Part shown: positions 27,515 to 37,844 of the stretch, one piece after another
Layout: each line of letters opens with the position of its first letter
Position numbering within the stretch: position 1 is the stretch's first letter
Origin: Escherichia coli
GTDB taxonomy: Bacteria; Pseudomonadota; Gammaproteobacteria; Enterobacterales; Enterobacteriaceae
Assembly: GCF_050320075.1 (NCBI RefSeq)
Contig: NZ_CP190018.1
Strand: one strand, 5' to 3'
DNA: 64,000 nucleotides
Notes under the pieces: model-generated
What the model saw: only the letters and a program-made list of their open reading frames with translations
The model's database searches: none
What the model was told of the DNA's origin: nothing
Translations under genes and position numbers: made by a program

Positions 27515-27908
27515 TAATCTTTCATCCAAACTTCAAATGCAATAACTAATTTTATTTCTTTCGGCATCGCTCACATTTTATAGGGAAATCGACGATCATT
27601 TTTGGCATAAGAAATCCATTTAAAAAGGCTACATCCCTTATACCTATTCAGTGCTACTTATTCAGGGGTTATTGAGATATACACTGATGGTGTACAAACA
27701 AAATCACCAACAATAATTACGTATCAAGTAATAATCGGCATTTTATTTAATTGAAGCAATTTAGTTTGCATTTTTATTTAAAAACTGAGCTAGAGTCCAT
27801 CAGAAAAAAATATATAAAGCCCAAACCACCGTTGGAAATAGAAATAGTTGAAAGGCTCACAACTCCCGGAATGCGGATTATCTTTGCCCTGATTTCTGGC
27901 GGTTTTAT

Positions 27909-28763
27909 TCAGGGTGCAAGCTGTCTGACCCTTTCCCGATATTCTCCCGGAGTACAACCAAACTCGCGGACAAACGCCTTGTGAAAAGATGATTCACTGG
28001 CATAGCCTACTGACTCAGCGATCACCACAACAGGGAGCATTTCCCGGGAAAACATCTGGGCCGCTATTTGTAGACGCAACTTTGTTAATACAGCTAGCGG
28101 CGTGGTTCCGGAAACATCACGGAAAAGCTGGGCAAAACTTGCCCGGGACATGTGGGCGATGCTGGCCAGCGATTCGACGGTCCAGGCGTGTCCTGGCATT
28201 TCCAGCATTTGCTGTATTACCGCACCAAGACGTGGATGCAGAAGCAAACTGAGAATGTTTTTCTCTGTATTAACCTGTGCAATCCACTCACGCACCGCGA
28301 GGGTAAAGAATGTAGCGCAGATCTGGCTACACAGAGCATCCACTCCCGGCATTGCCGATCTGGATTCCTGTTGTAAAAACGGGATCGCCTCCCTCAGCCA
28401 GTTATATTCCACGCTATGGTTCACTGGTGCTACAAACAGCGTTTCCGGCAAAGACGTTAAAAAATAACGCGCCGAATGTTGCAGCCGAAGAGTGCCACAG
28501 ACAATACAGGTCGATTCATTTTCGACATGACTCAGGCGATGAGCTGAATTTTGTGGTAGCAGGACCACATTTCCCGGGCGTAATGTAAAAATCTCTCCCG
28601 TCGGCATTTCCAGCTTCGCCGCTCCTTGCGTTAACGCATGCCAACGAATAACCGACAATTCCCCGGCACCATGTGGAAGTTGCCAGTCACTTCCTAACAC
28701 GCAATTCTTATCGATCGTTCCTTGTGGAGCGTTAAGCATCAACAAACGGCTAAGAGCATCCAT
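27909..28763 (-). CDS. rclR: Reactive-chlorine-responsive AraC-family activator, 284 aa
   Basis: C-terminal AraC HTH ESVGYASESSFHKAFVREFGCTPGEYR. Start at MDALSRLL (28763). Divergent from rclA. Confidence 0.9.
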   Translation of the reverse strand: MDALSRLLMLNAPQGTIDKNCVLGSDWQLPHGAGELSVIRWHALTQGAAKLEMPTGEIFTLRPGNVVLLPQNSAHRLSHVENESTCIVCGTLRLQHSARYFLTSLPETLFVAPVNHSVEYNWLREAIPFLQQESRSAMPGVDALCSQICATFFTLAVREWIAQVNTEKNILSLLLHPRLGAVIQQMLEMPGHAWTVESLASIAHMSRASFAQLFRDVSGTTPLAVLTKLRLQIAAQMFSREMLPVVVIAESVGYASESSFHKAFVREFGCTPGEYRERVRQLAP

Positions 28764-28989
28764 ATCAGACTCCTGAGTAGTTTTTTGATTACAAACACCA
28801 ACAATCTTAGTCAATAATTAATCTAATACCATCAAATAGTTAATCATGATTTTTGTTTTGTGATTCTGATTAAGAAAAAGAAAATACCAGACGATAAGAC
28901 AAAACATCAAGCGTTGTGAAGAAATGTTATTTGCTCTTTTGCGTCTATAGTCATGATGTCAAATGAACGCGTTTCGACAGGAAATCATC

Positions 28990-30315
28990 ATGAATAAATA
29001 TCAGGCAGTTATTATTGGTTTTGGCAAGGCTGGAAAAACATTAGCCGTCACGCTGGCAAAAGCAGGTTGGCGTGTGGCTCTCATCGAACAATCAAATGCA
29101 ATGTATGGCGGGACCTGTATTAATATCGGCTGTATCCCAACCAAAACATTGGTTCATGACGCACAGCAGCACACAGATTTTGTCCGTGCCATACAGCGTA
29201 AAAATGAAGTGGTTAATTTTTTACGTAATAAGAATTTTCATAATCTTGCGGATATGCCCAATATCGACGTGATCGACGGCCAGGCGGAGTTTATCAATAA
29301 TCATAGCCTGCGTGTTCATCGGCCTGAGGGAAATCTGGAAATTCATGGCGAGAAAATTTTTATTAATACCGGTGCACAAACCGTGGTTCCGCCAATTCCT
29401 GGAATTACCACCACGCCAGGAGTATATGACAGCATCGGATTACTTAATCTAAAAGAATTGCCTGGGCATTTAGGTATTTTGGGCGGCGGATATATTGGCG
29501 TTGAGTTCGCCTCTATGTTCGCTAATTTTGGCAGCAAGGTAACCATTTTAGAAGCAGCTTCGCTGTTTTTGCCTCGGGAAGATCGGGATATTGCTGATAA
29601 TATCGCGACGATTTTACGCGATCAGGGCGTCGATATTATCCTCAATGCCCATGTGGAGCGAATCAGTCACCATGAAAATCAAGTGCAAGTGCATAGCGAG
29701 CACGCCCAACTGGCGGTGGATGCACTGTTAATAGCTTCCGGTCGTCAACCGGCTACCGCTTCGTTACATCCAGAAAATGCCGGTATCGCAGTAAACGAGC
29801 GCGGGGCAATTGTCGTTGACAAGCGATTACATACCACCGCAGACAATATTTGGGCGATGGGAGATGTTACCGGCGGGCTGCAATTTACTTATATTTCACT
29901 GGATGATTACCGCATTGTACGTGATGAGTTACTGGGTGAAGGCAAACGTAGTACTGATGATCGGAAAAATGTGCCTTATTCCGTATTTATGACACCGCCC
30001 CTGTCCAGGGTTGGTATGACAGAAGAACAAGCCAGAGAGAGTGGTGCTGATATTCAGGTGGTGACATTGCCTGTAGCTGCAATTCCGCGCGCCAGAGTGA
30101 TGAACGATACCCGTGGGGTATTAAAAGCGATTGTTGATAATAAAACCCAACGTATATTAGGGGCATCACTGCTGTGTGTTGACTCCCACGAGATGATTAA
30201 TATAGTGAAAATGGTGATGGATGCCGGGCTGCCTTATAGCATATTACGCGATCAGATATTTACTCATCCGTCGATGAGCGAATCACTCAATGATCTATTT
30301 TCATTAGTCAAATAA
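28990..30315 (+). CDS. rclA: Pyridine nucleotide-disulfide oxidoreductase RclA, 441 aa
   Basis: IIGFGKAGKTLA FAD fold and redox-active GGTCINIGCIPTK. Start at MNKYQAV (28990). Confidence 0.95.
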   Translation: MNKYQAVIIGFGKAGKTLAVTLAKAGWRVALIEQSNAMYGGTCINIGCIPTKTLVHDAQQHTDFVRAIQRKNEVVNFLRNKNFHNLADMPNIDVIDGQAEFINNHSLRVHRPEGNLEIHGEKIFINTGAQTVVPPIPGITTTPGVYDSIGLLNLKELPGHLGILGGGYIGVEFASMFANFGSKVTILEAASLFLPREDRDIADNIATILRDQGVDIILNAHVERISHHENQVQVHSEHAQLAVDALLIASGRQPATASLHPENAGIAVNERGAIVVDKRLHTTADNIWAMGDVTGGLQFTYISLDDYRIVRDELLGEGKRSTDDRKNVPYSVFMTPPLSRVGMTEEQARESGADIQVVTLPVAAIPRARVMNDTRGVLKAIVDNKTQRILGASLLCVDSHEMINIVKMVMDAGLPYSILRDQIFTHPSMSESLNDLFSLVK

Positions 30316-30423
30316 ACTCAAAATCAGACGCCAGAACAAATATTCTGGCGTCTCAGAGAAAAGAATCTTATTAATTCTCTGTTACTCTATAACTTCTTAA
30401 TCACTTCATTGATGGTATTTTAT

Positions 30424-30660
30424 ATGTTTAAAAAATCTGTTTTATTTGCAACACTATTATCTGGCGTTATGGCATTTTCCACCAATGCAGATGATAAAAT
30501 AATTCTGAAACATATCAGCGTCTCGTCAGTATCAGCATCACCGACAGTTCTGGAGGATGCCATTGCTGATATAGCCAGAAAATATAATGCTTCATCCTGG
30601 AAAGTCACATCGATGCGAATTGATAATAATTCAACCGCAACAGCAGTATTGTATAAATAA
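30424..30660 (+). CDS. rclB: Small periplasmic protein RclB (DUF1471/YdgH-BhsA family), 78 aa
   Basis: Signal peptide MFKKSVLFATLLSGVMAFSTNA. Synteny. Confidence 0.85.
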   Translation: MFKKSVLFATLLSGVMAFSTNADDKIILKHISVSSVSASPTVLEDAIADIARKYNASSWKVTSMRIDNNSTATAVLYK

Positions 30661-30671
30661 GGATGTTCACA

Positions 30672-31265
30672 ATGGAAAAATACCTTCACCTGTTAAGTCG
30701 GGGAGATAAAATTGGCCTGACATTGATTCGTCTGAGTATTGCGATTGTTTTTATGTGGATTGGGTTATTAAAGTTTGTCCCTTACGAGGCAGACAGCATT
30801 ACACCATTCGTCGCAAACAGTCCACTAATGTCGTTCTTTTATGAACACCCGGAAGACTATAAACAGTATCTGACTCACGAAGGCGAATACAAACCAGAAG
30901 CAAGGGCATGGCAATCGGCCAATAATACCTATGGTTTTTCCAACGGTCTTGGCGTCGTGGAGGTGATTATTGCTCTGCTGGTTTTGGCTAATCCTGTCAA
31001 TCGCTGGTTAGGTTTATTGGGAGGGCTGATGGCATTTACCACACCGTTGGTAACACTCTCATTTTTAATCACCACCCCGGAGGCATGGGTACCCGCATTG
31101 GGTGACGCTCATCATGGTTTCCCTTATTTATCTGGTGCTGGTCGCCTGGTATTGAAAGATACTCTGATGCTGGCAGGTGCTGTCATGATAATGGCAGATT
31201 CGGCGCGGGAAATTCTTAAACAACGCAGTAATGAATCCAGTTCAACGTTAAAAACTGAATATTGA
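30672..31265 (+). CDS. rclC: Inner-membrane protein RclC, 197 aa
   Basis: Hydrophobic ORF starting MEKYLHLLSRGDKIGLTLIRLSIAIVFMWIG. Synteny. Confidence 0.85.
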   Translation: MEKYLHLLSRGDKIGLTLIRLSIAIVFMWIGLLKFVPYEADSITPFVANSPLMSFFYEHPEDYKQYLTHEGEYKPEARAWQSANNTYGFSNGLGVVEVIIALLVLANPVNRWLGLLGGLMAFTTPLVTLSFLITTPEAWVPALGDAHHGFPYLSGAGRLVLKDTLMLAGAVMIMADSAREILKQRSNESSSTLKTEY

Positions 31266-31424
31266 TAATCCGAACACTGTCTGTTGTTCACTTTTTCAGG
31301 CGTCAGGCCCCCTTTCTGATGATGAAGCCTGACGCCATATTACCGGAGATATGACAGAGTGAAGATCAATATCACTCCCCTGTTAAAAGATTCTTGTCGT
31401 CTCAGGTAAAATACATGATTAATA

Positions 31425-32309
31425 TCAATCATGTATTTTTACAGCAAGACAACCACGAACAAATTCAGGATTAAAATGTTTTACCGACTCCCCAACATAA
31501 CCCAAATCAAGCGAACTAATTTGTGCCATTTCTTTCTCTGTCAGTGAGAAATCCCAGATAGCAAAATTTTCTTCGATACGCTGTTGATGTGTCGATTTCG
31601 GAATAACGACCACTCCCCGTTGAATATTCCAACGCAGAATGACTTGAGAAATCGATTTTTGATGGGCATCTGCAATACTCTGAAGCAGATTATTTTCAAA
31701 GGGTTTATGTCGTCCACCACCTAACGGAGCCCATGCTTCAGGCTGCACGTTATAATACTTCATGGTTGCCAGCGCCTCTGGTTGGGCAAAATAGGGATGC
31801 AACTCGACCTGGTTGACCATCGGTTTAACTCTTACCGTTTCACAAAAGTTCGCCAGAACATGAGGATAGAAATTGGAAACCCCAATTGCTTTTAATTTGC
31901 CCTCTTCATAGGCATCTTCGAGTGCACGCCACGCACTGAAATAATCGCGCATAGCCTGGTGCAATAAATAGAGGTCGAAGTATTCTAGTCCCGATTTTTT
32001 TAATGATGCTTCAATACCTGCTTTTGCCGTATCCTGATTCAACATATCCTGCACCCACAATTTAGACGTTATAAATAACTCATCTCGGGTACATAAACCT
32101 TCAGATATAGCTTCACGAACGGCTTCACCGACGGCATCTTCATTACCGTATACCGCTGCAGTGTCGATGAGTCGATAACCCGTGCGGATAGCATTCAACA
32201 CTGACTGTTTGCACACGTCTTTATCGGTAACCTGAAAAACACCAAATCCCATCATCGGCATTTTCAGATTGTTACTTAATACGGAAAATTCCACTGTCAG
32301 TCCCTCCAT
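31425..32309 (-). CDS. Aldo-keto reductase (DkgB/YvgN-like)
   Basis: [24 protein letters not shown] and IPKS motifs. An alternative GTG start at 32294 sits 7 nt after GGAGGG. Confidence 0.85.
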   Translation of the reverse strand: MEGLTVEFSVLSNNLKMPMMGFGVFQVTDKDVCKQSVLNAIRTGYRLIDTAAVYGNEDAVGEAVREAISEGLCTRDELFITSKLWVQDMLNQDTAKAGIEASLKKSGLEYFDLYLLHQAMRDYFSAWRALEDAYEEGKLKAIGVSNFYPHVLANFCETVRVKPMVNQVELHPYFAQPEALATMKYYNVQPEAWAPLGGGRHKPFENNLLQSIADAHQKSISQVILRWNIQRGVVVIPKSTHQQRIEENFAIWDFSLTEKEMAQISSLDLGYVGESVKHFNPEFVRGCLAVKIHD

Positions 32310-32541
32310 TAGGTATGAACAATGAGTCTACGTTAAAACGTAACCTCAAATTAGTATGTGGATTTTGATATCACTTATGCAAAAAATTCATTAATAATGT
32401 AGGACTGAAACCTCTCTATTTTTGGGGCAATGAAGCAGACGCTATCAGTGCTTTTGCCTTGGGACTTGCTGTTTTTGATACACTTAAGGCCCAGGACATA
32501 ACGAAAATGTGCGATATGACAAAGAATTAACGGAGAATGTG

Positions 32542-33399
32542 ATGATCAGGCAGAAGATTCTACAGCAGCTCCTGGAGTGGATTGAGTGCAATCTTGAGCA
32601 CCCTATTTCAATCGAAGATATCGCACAGAAATCTGGCTACAGCAGACGCAACATCCAGCTTCTGTTCCGAAATTTCATGCATGTGCCTTTGGGAGAATAC
32701 ATTCGCAAACGAAGGCTTTGTCGTGCCGCCATTCTTGTCCGACTCACCGCGAAATCTATGCTTGATATTGCACTCTCTTTACATTTTGACTCACAGCAGT
32801 CATTCAGCCGCGAATTTAAAAAGTTATTCGGCTGCTCTCCCCGTGAATACCGCCACCGTGATTATTGGGATCTCGCAAATATCTTCCCTTCTTTTTTAAT
32901 ACGTCAACAGCAAAAGACGGAGTGTAGATTAGTCAACTTTCCTGAGACACCTATTTTTGGCAATTCATTTAAATATGATATTGAAGTATCGAATAAATCA
33001 CCGGATGAAGAAGTCAAACTGCGACGTCATCATTTAGCCAGATGTATGAAGAATTTTAAGACGGATATCTATTTCGTCTCCACATTCGAACCGTCAACAA
33101 AATCGGTCGATTTGCTCACAGTTGAAACTTTTGCCGGTACGGTATGCAAACAAACCGATTCAGAGATGTCGAAAGAGTGGACAATTAACCGAGGACTGTA
33201 TGCCTCTTTCCGCTATGAAGGTGAGTGGGAGCACTACCCTGAATGGGCGCGAAACCTCTATCTGATGGAATTACCTGCCAGGGGGTTAGCCAGAGTGAAC
33301 GGCAGTGATATTGAGCGATTTTATTACAATGAAAACTTCGTCGAAATTGATAGCAATAACATTGTTTGCGAAATTTTTATCCCCGTTCGCCCGGTTTAG
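32542..33399 (+). CDS. ykgA: Rob-like AraC-family regulator with a C-terminal GyrI-like domain, apparently full length (285 aa)
   Basis: The AraC HTHs (IEDIAQKSGYSRRNIQLLFRNF; LDIALSLHFDSQQSFSREFKKLFGCSP) and the C-terminus DIERFYYNEN...CEIFIPVRP parallel Rob. ATG at 32542 follows GGAG. Confidence 0.8.
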   Translation: MIRQKILQQLLEWIECNLEHPISIEDIAQKSGYSRRNIQLLFRNFMHVPLGEYIRKRRLCRAAILVRLTAKSMLDIALSLHFDSQQSFSREFKKLFGCSPREYRHRDYWDLANIFPSFLIRQQQKTECRLVNFPETPIFGNSFKYDIEVSNKSPDEEVKLRRHHLARCMKNFKTDIYFVSTFEPSTKSVDLLTVETFAGTVCKQTDSEMSKEWTINRGLYASFRYEGEWEHYPEWARNLYLMELPARGLARVNGSDIERFYYNENFVEIDSNNIVCEIFIPVRPV

Positions 33400-33471
33400 C
33401 CTGTAAATCCATCACATAAGATTTACCCTACCCTGCCACCGTCTAATCGGTACCAGGGTAGGTATTCAGTA

Positions 33472-33504
33472 AATAATGGCGCTGCGCATGTCAACGCCAT
33501 TATT
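33472..33504. terminator. Hairpin between convergent ykgA and eaeH (bidirectional terminator candidate)
   Basis: A 10-bp perfect stem AATAATGGCG/CGCCATTATT with a 13-nt loop. A/T-rich flanks on both strands. It ends 20 nt from the eaeH stop. Confidence 0.5.
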
Positions 33505-33523
33505 ATTTATTACATCGTCGTTT

Positions 33524-36500
33524 TTATTTCTCCTCAGCACCTTCAGTATCTGCAGGAACGGCGTTAATTGTCACAGTCACTGGTTTCATTTCATACCCTC
33601 CATATGTCAAAGAGTTGAATGTGAATGTGTATGTACCTGGCTTGTTGGTACTAAATGTACGCGTGATTTTCCCGCTCGCGAAATGGTCATTTTTCGACGG
33701 CAGGAACTGATAATCCGCCTCTGTCACCCCTTCCGGAGCCTCAATGTCGACCCACATGGTTCCTCCTACGGGGTTGACACCCGACATCAGAGTAACCGTC
33801 AGTGTTGCAGTAGTCTTCCCGTCCGCCACCAGAGAATCTACACGCTCTGGAGATGCAGCGAGCTCCGCGTTTTTATCATCCGCGACGAATTTAGATTCGG
33901 CAGTTTTCGTCGATTCCTGACCGTCGGCCTGTTCCACTTTCGCCGTGAGTGTATATGTCGCTGCGACAGTGGTCGTGGCGGTGAAAATAGCCTGTCCTTG
34001 CTCATTCGTTGTCGCCGTCCCATCGGGATCCAGAGCTAAATTTGCCGGGCTAGCAGTCAGCGTCACCTCGCTATCTTTCAACAGGTTGTTATTGGCATCA
34101 GTCACCGTAACTTTATACGTCTGTTTGGCTTTGCCATCCGCCAGTGCATAGTTGCCAATCACCTCAATACCGGAGACGGTTGCGGTCGCCTTATCGGCCA
34201 CAAACGTTATAGTCTGCGCATCCGAAGGCTGGTCATTTCCTGCCGATGCCGTGATCTCATAGGTTCCGGCAGTCACGGAAACCACCTGCAACTCTGCTTT
34301 CCCCTCATCGTTGGCTTTCACCCAGACATTATCGCCAGTAAGCGGCTTGACACCCCGGGGCAGATTAAAGGTCACCAGAGTGCCTGGAACAGGGTTACCG
34401 TTTTTATCCTCAACGGTCGCCGTCAGCGTAAAGGCATCTTTGCCGTTTGCCACTTTTTGAACGGCGGTGTCAACCTGCAGGTTTGCCTGACCGGTGCTGG
34501 CATCCGCGTTGAATTTCACCGTGACCGTCTTCTGAGAGTTTTTCACCGCGGCCGCGATTTCAAGTTCCCCTGCAACGGTTGATATCAACTCAATATCCGC
34601 TTTACCTGCCGCATTGGTTGTTACTGTATTCCCCGTCTTGCTAGTCACACCCTGCGGTAAAGTCAGCGTAACTTCTTGCCCCTGCAACGGGTTACCATAG
34701 CTGTCCACGACGGTCAGGGTTATCTGGTTAGCAGACTGTCCATTAGCCAGTTGGTTATTAACCTTCACTGTCATATCACGAATCTCAGCCTGAGAAGCGT
34801 CCCCTGCAACGTTCAGCACCAGTGGCTGAGCAACAGCATTTTGGCCGTTCACTCGCGGCATCACAGACAACTGACCCGCGGCAGATCCCAGCGTTAAGGT
34901 CGACACGTAGACCCCATTACCTTTCTCTGTCCAGTTTCCTGCTGAAGGACGCTCACTCCCCGTGCTGGCGGCACCGCTAAACACTGGTGCATCTGGCTTC
35001 AGCCCGGTGACCGGATTCCCGTACGCATCCTTCACGGTGAAGGTGAGTTCCGTCGTCGTTTTAACCGTTGGAGTTTTATTGTCCGCAACAAGCGTAGAAT
35101 TCGCTGATGACATCTCTCCGGCAATAACAGTCAGCTGCGCGGCTTCGGTGGCTGCTGGCTGGCCGTTGAAGAGCGGCATGACACGAAGCTCGCCCGTCTT
35201 TCCGCCTGTAGTTAACGTAGCAACATAGGAACCGTCACCTTTTTCGGTCCAACTGGAAACGGTCGCCCCTTCAGAGGCGGTCCCCGTCAAACTTGCCGAC
35301 AACGAAAGACCACTGATAGCGTTGCCATGTGCATCTTTCGCCACCAACGTCACGGTTGTGCTTTCGCCGGCTTTTACGTGATCTTCCGCGACAGAGACTT
35401 TCGACTGGTTTGAAGATAACGCATCAGCCACCACGGTTACTTTTGCCGCATTTGCTGCCGCATCCTGTCCATTTAGCTTCGGCATAACTTCTAATTCACC
35501 CGCCGTAGAGCCGAGAGTAATCTGCGCAGTCCACGTCCCATCACCATTATTTGTCCAGCCAGATGCCGTAGAACCAACAGCAGCGGCACCCGCTAATGAC
35601 GGCGCTTCCGGCGTGAGGCTGGTCACAGGGTTGTCATTGGCATCTTTTGTCGACCAGATTGCCGTAAGCGTACCGCCGACCACCGGTTTATCAGGATTCA
35701 GGGTGATGGACGAATGTGCTGCATCAAGCGGCCCGGCAACAAACTTCAGCGTTTGTTGTAATGTGCCCAGCTGATACTGCTCGCTGAAGGCGCGCACAAC
35801 AACGTTTCCGGCACGGGTCGAAGAAACCGTGGCGCTGTAAACCCCTGGTTTTATTTCCGAAATGGCACCAACGGTAACACCATTAGTGTCTTGCGGAACA
35901 AGTCGCAGGCGGCTGGCTTCTCCCGTCACCGGATTACCCTCGGAGTCCACCGCAGTCAGCGTCAGCGTGTAGGCTTGCTGACCATCAGCAACCACGTCAC
36001 CTGACGGCTCGTTAGCGCTCAGGGTGGAGTTTGCCACATCCATCATCGTGGCCCGCAGTTCTGCAGTGACGGTTTTGCTCATGCCATCAACGCTAACAGT
36101 AATCGTTGCCTCACCTGACTGCGTTCCGGTCGTAAAGACAGACTGGTACACCCCTGCTTCAGTTTCGGTGAACTCACCCAGTGTGGGCTGTGCCTGTGAT
36201 TTAGTGGCCTTCAGGGTACGAGTCACAATATTTCCAGCCGGTTTGAAGGTTAGTTCAGTCTTGATCTGCTCCTTCATGCCCGTGACTGGCTGACCCTCGG
36301 CGTCGCGCATAGACAGCACCAGCGGCTTTTGCTCATTACCGTTAGCAAGCATTTGAATACGGCTCTGACCGTCAAGCGTTAACGCCGTGCGATCGGCGCT
36401 CATACCAGCTCCGGTAATAACCACTTCTGTCTGCACACGTTTCGAGGCATTGCCTTTGTTATCGTAGGCAACTGCTGAAATCGCATAATAATTGTCTTTG

Positions 36501-37774
36501 CCTGGACGATAAGCCGGGAGCGTTACTTGCCACTGACTACCCTGACCGGTAATTTTGCCACCTTCAGCCAGTAATGACGGCGCTTCCCACTGCACATTTT
36601 TCAGTCCGTGTGTTGCTTTGCTGACCACAAGCCCCAGGGAAACCGTCTGACCGCCCTTACCTTCAATACGCTCAGGCAGAGCAATACGGATCACTTCAGA
36701 TTTGCGGTACTCAAGAACGATGTTGTTATTACGCTCAACCAGGTCATAGCGGCTGCCTGCCAGCATTCGACGCTCGCGAATGCTGTCTGTATCGAGTTGT
36801 TTTTGCAGAGGTTCGCCAATCCGATAATTAACTTCCAAGCCAAAGCGAGTGTCATTCTCACCACTCTTGCCCTGCTTATGCCCGGCACTCAGGGTCAGAA
36901 GAGGCACTGGCGTGTAATTCACTTCAGCGGTAATCGCATGTGGATCTTTCTGGCGTTTATCTTTGCCAAACAGCCCGACTTCATCGCCATAATACTGCTC
37001 ATACATCAGGCTTGCGCCAAGCTGCGGCCAGGCGGGTAAATAGCCCTCAGCACGAATATCCCAGCCATTCGCCGGGCGTTCCTGATAATCCTCAACATCC
37101 GGCGATTTTTTCCAGCCAGAAGCCCGGATATAACCATTGGCGCTCAATTTCAAATAATCACGCCAGTATTCCGCACCAACACCAATGCGGGTATGACTAC
37201 GGGATAAATCATGGTCGATAAAGGTGTTCACCCCCGCCATCCAGTCATTTCCTGAAAAATGACGCCAGCCAAAACCAATATTTGACTGAGTACGATCGTC
37301 GGTACGATGTATTGCCCCCTGAGTGAACAACATATTTGTCGGTGTATCATAAATCGGATAAAGCATTTCCAGCGAAGAATCCTTCAGCGAGAAATCTTTA
37401 TCGACATTCAGTTTGACGCGCGCAGTACCGTATTTCCCGAGCCACTCCTGAATTTCCTGGTTAGCTTTAGCGGTGGCCATTCCGGTAATAAAGTTACGTG
37501 TCGCATCGCTATCTGGCTGACTGCTTAAAAATGTCCCGGCATTTGCGGCAAACGACGCGACATTTTTCTCCACATTATTATCAGCAGCTACTGTGGTATT
37601 TTCCATGCTCAAACGTGGCTGAACCGCATGCTGCGCACGTGCTGCCATTACTGGCGTAAAGGTGACAGCGAGTGGAAAAAGAACCTGAACAGAGATATTT
37701 GCCCACGCCACGCAGCGGGCCAGAACTGAATAACGAAATCGTGGTTGTTTATGACCTGTTTTATAACGTGACAT
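33524..37774 (-). CDS. eaeH: Intimin/invasin-family inverse autotransporter adhesin (EaeH/FdeC type), intact, 1416 aa
   Basis: N-terminal beta-barrel region (...GFGWRHF...GAEYWRDYLKLSANGY...LEYRKSE), followed by a run of ~100-aa Ig-like (Big_1-type) repeats to the C-terminus. Confidence 0.9.
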   Translation of the reverse strand: MSRYKTGHKQPRFRYSVLARCVAWANISVQVLFPLAVTFTPVMAARAQHAVQPRLSMENTTVAADNNVEKNVASFAANAGTFLSSQPDSDATRNFITGMATAKANQEIQEWLGKYGTARVKLNVDKDFSLKDSSLEMLYPIYDTPTNMLFTQGAIHRTDDRTQSNIGFGWRHFSGNDWMAGVNTFIDHDLSRSHTRIGVGAEYWRDYLKLSANGYIRASGWKKSPDVEDYQERPANGWDIRAEGYLPAWPQLGASLMYEQYYGDEVGLFGKDKRQKDPHAITAEVNYTPVPLLTLSAGHKQGKSGENDTRFGLEVNYRIGEPLQKQLDTDSIRERRMLAGSRYDLVERNNNIVLEYRKSEVIRIALPERIEGKGGQTVSLGLVVSKATHGLKNVQWEAPSLLAEGGKITGQGSQWQVTLPAYRPGKDNYYAISAVAYDNKGNASKRVQTEVVITGAGMSADRTALTLDGQSRIQMLANGNEQKPLVLSMRDAEGQPVTGMKEQIKTELTFKPAGNIVTRTLKATKSQAQPTLGEFTETEAGVYQSVFTTGTQSGEATITVSVDGMSKTVTAELRATMMDVANSTLSANEPSGDVVADGQQAYTLTLTAVDSEGNPVTGEASRLRLVPQDTNGVTVGAISEIKPGVYSATVSSTRAGNVVVRAFSEQYQLGTLQQTLKFVAGPLDAAHSSITLNPDKPVVGGTLTAIWSTKDANDNPVTSLTPEAPSLAGAAAVGSTASGWTNNGDGTWTAQITLGSTAGELEVMPKLNGQDAAANAAKVTVVADALSSNQSKVSVAEDHVKAGESTTVTLVAKDAHGNAISGLSLSASLTGTASEGATVSSWTEKGDGSYVATLTTGGKTGELRVMPLFNGQPAATEAAQLTVIAGEMSSANSTLVADNKTPTVKTTTELTFTVKDAYGNPVTGLKPDAPVFSGAASTGSERPSAGNWTEKGNGVYVSTLTLGSAAGQLSVMPRVNGQNAVAQPLVLNVAGDASQAEIRDMTVKVNNQLANGQSANQITLTVVDSYGNPLQGQEVTLTLPQGVTSKTGNTVTTNAAGKADIELISTVAGELEIAAAVKNSQKTVTVKFNADASTGQANLQVDTAVQKVANGKDAFTLTATVEDKNGNPVPGTLVTFNLPRGVKPLTGDNVWVKANDEGKAELQVVSVTAGTYEITASAGNDQPSDAQTITFVADKATATVSGIEVIGNYALADGKAKQTYKVTVTDANNNLLKDSEVTLTASPANLALDPDGTATTNEQGQAIFTATTTVAATYTLTAKVEQADGQESTKTAESKFVADDKNAELAASPERVDSLVADGKTTATLTVTLMSGVNPVGGTMWVDIEAPEGVTEADYQFLPSKNDHFASGKITRTFSTNKPGTYTFTFNSLTYGGYEMKPVTVTINAVPADTEGAEEK

Positions 37775-37844
37775 TGAGATAATTTCCTGATGAACGAATT
37801 AACGAACATAGGCAGACACAAATAATGGCGTCTGCTTGTCAGAA

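Noticed and set aside
31299-31336. A 10-bp inverted repeat GGCGTCAGGC...GCCTGACGCC between rclC and the AKR gene, considered as a REP element or terminator.
   Set aside because: It has an 18-nt loop and no U-tract on either strand, and it does not match the REP consensus I remember. Noted only as a possible RNA-stabilising hairpin.
33577-36427. The eaeH Ig-domain array, considered as a DNA tandem repeat/VNTR feature.
   Set aside because: The repeat units are recognisable only after translation, and nucleotide identity between units is low. It is reported under the CDS rather than as a repeat feature.
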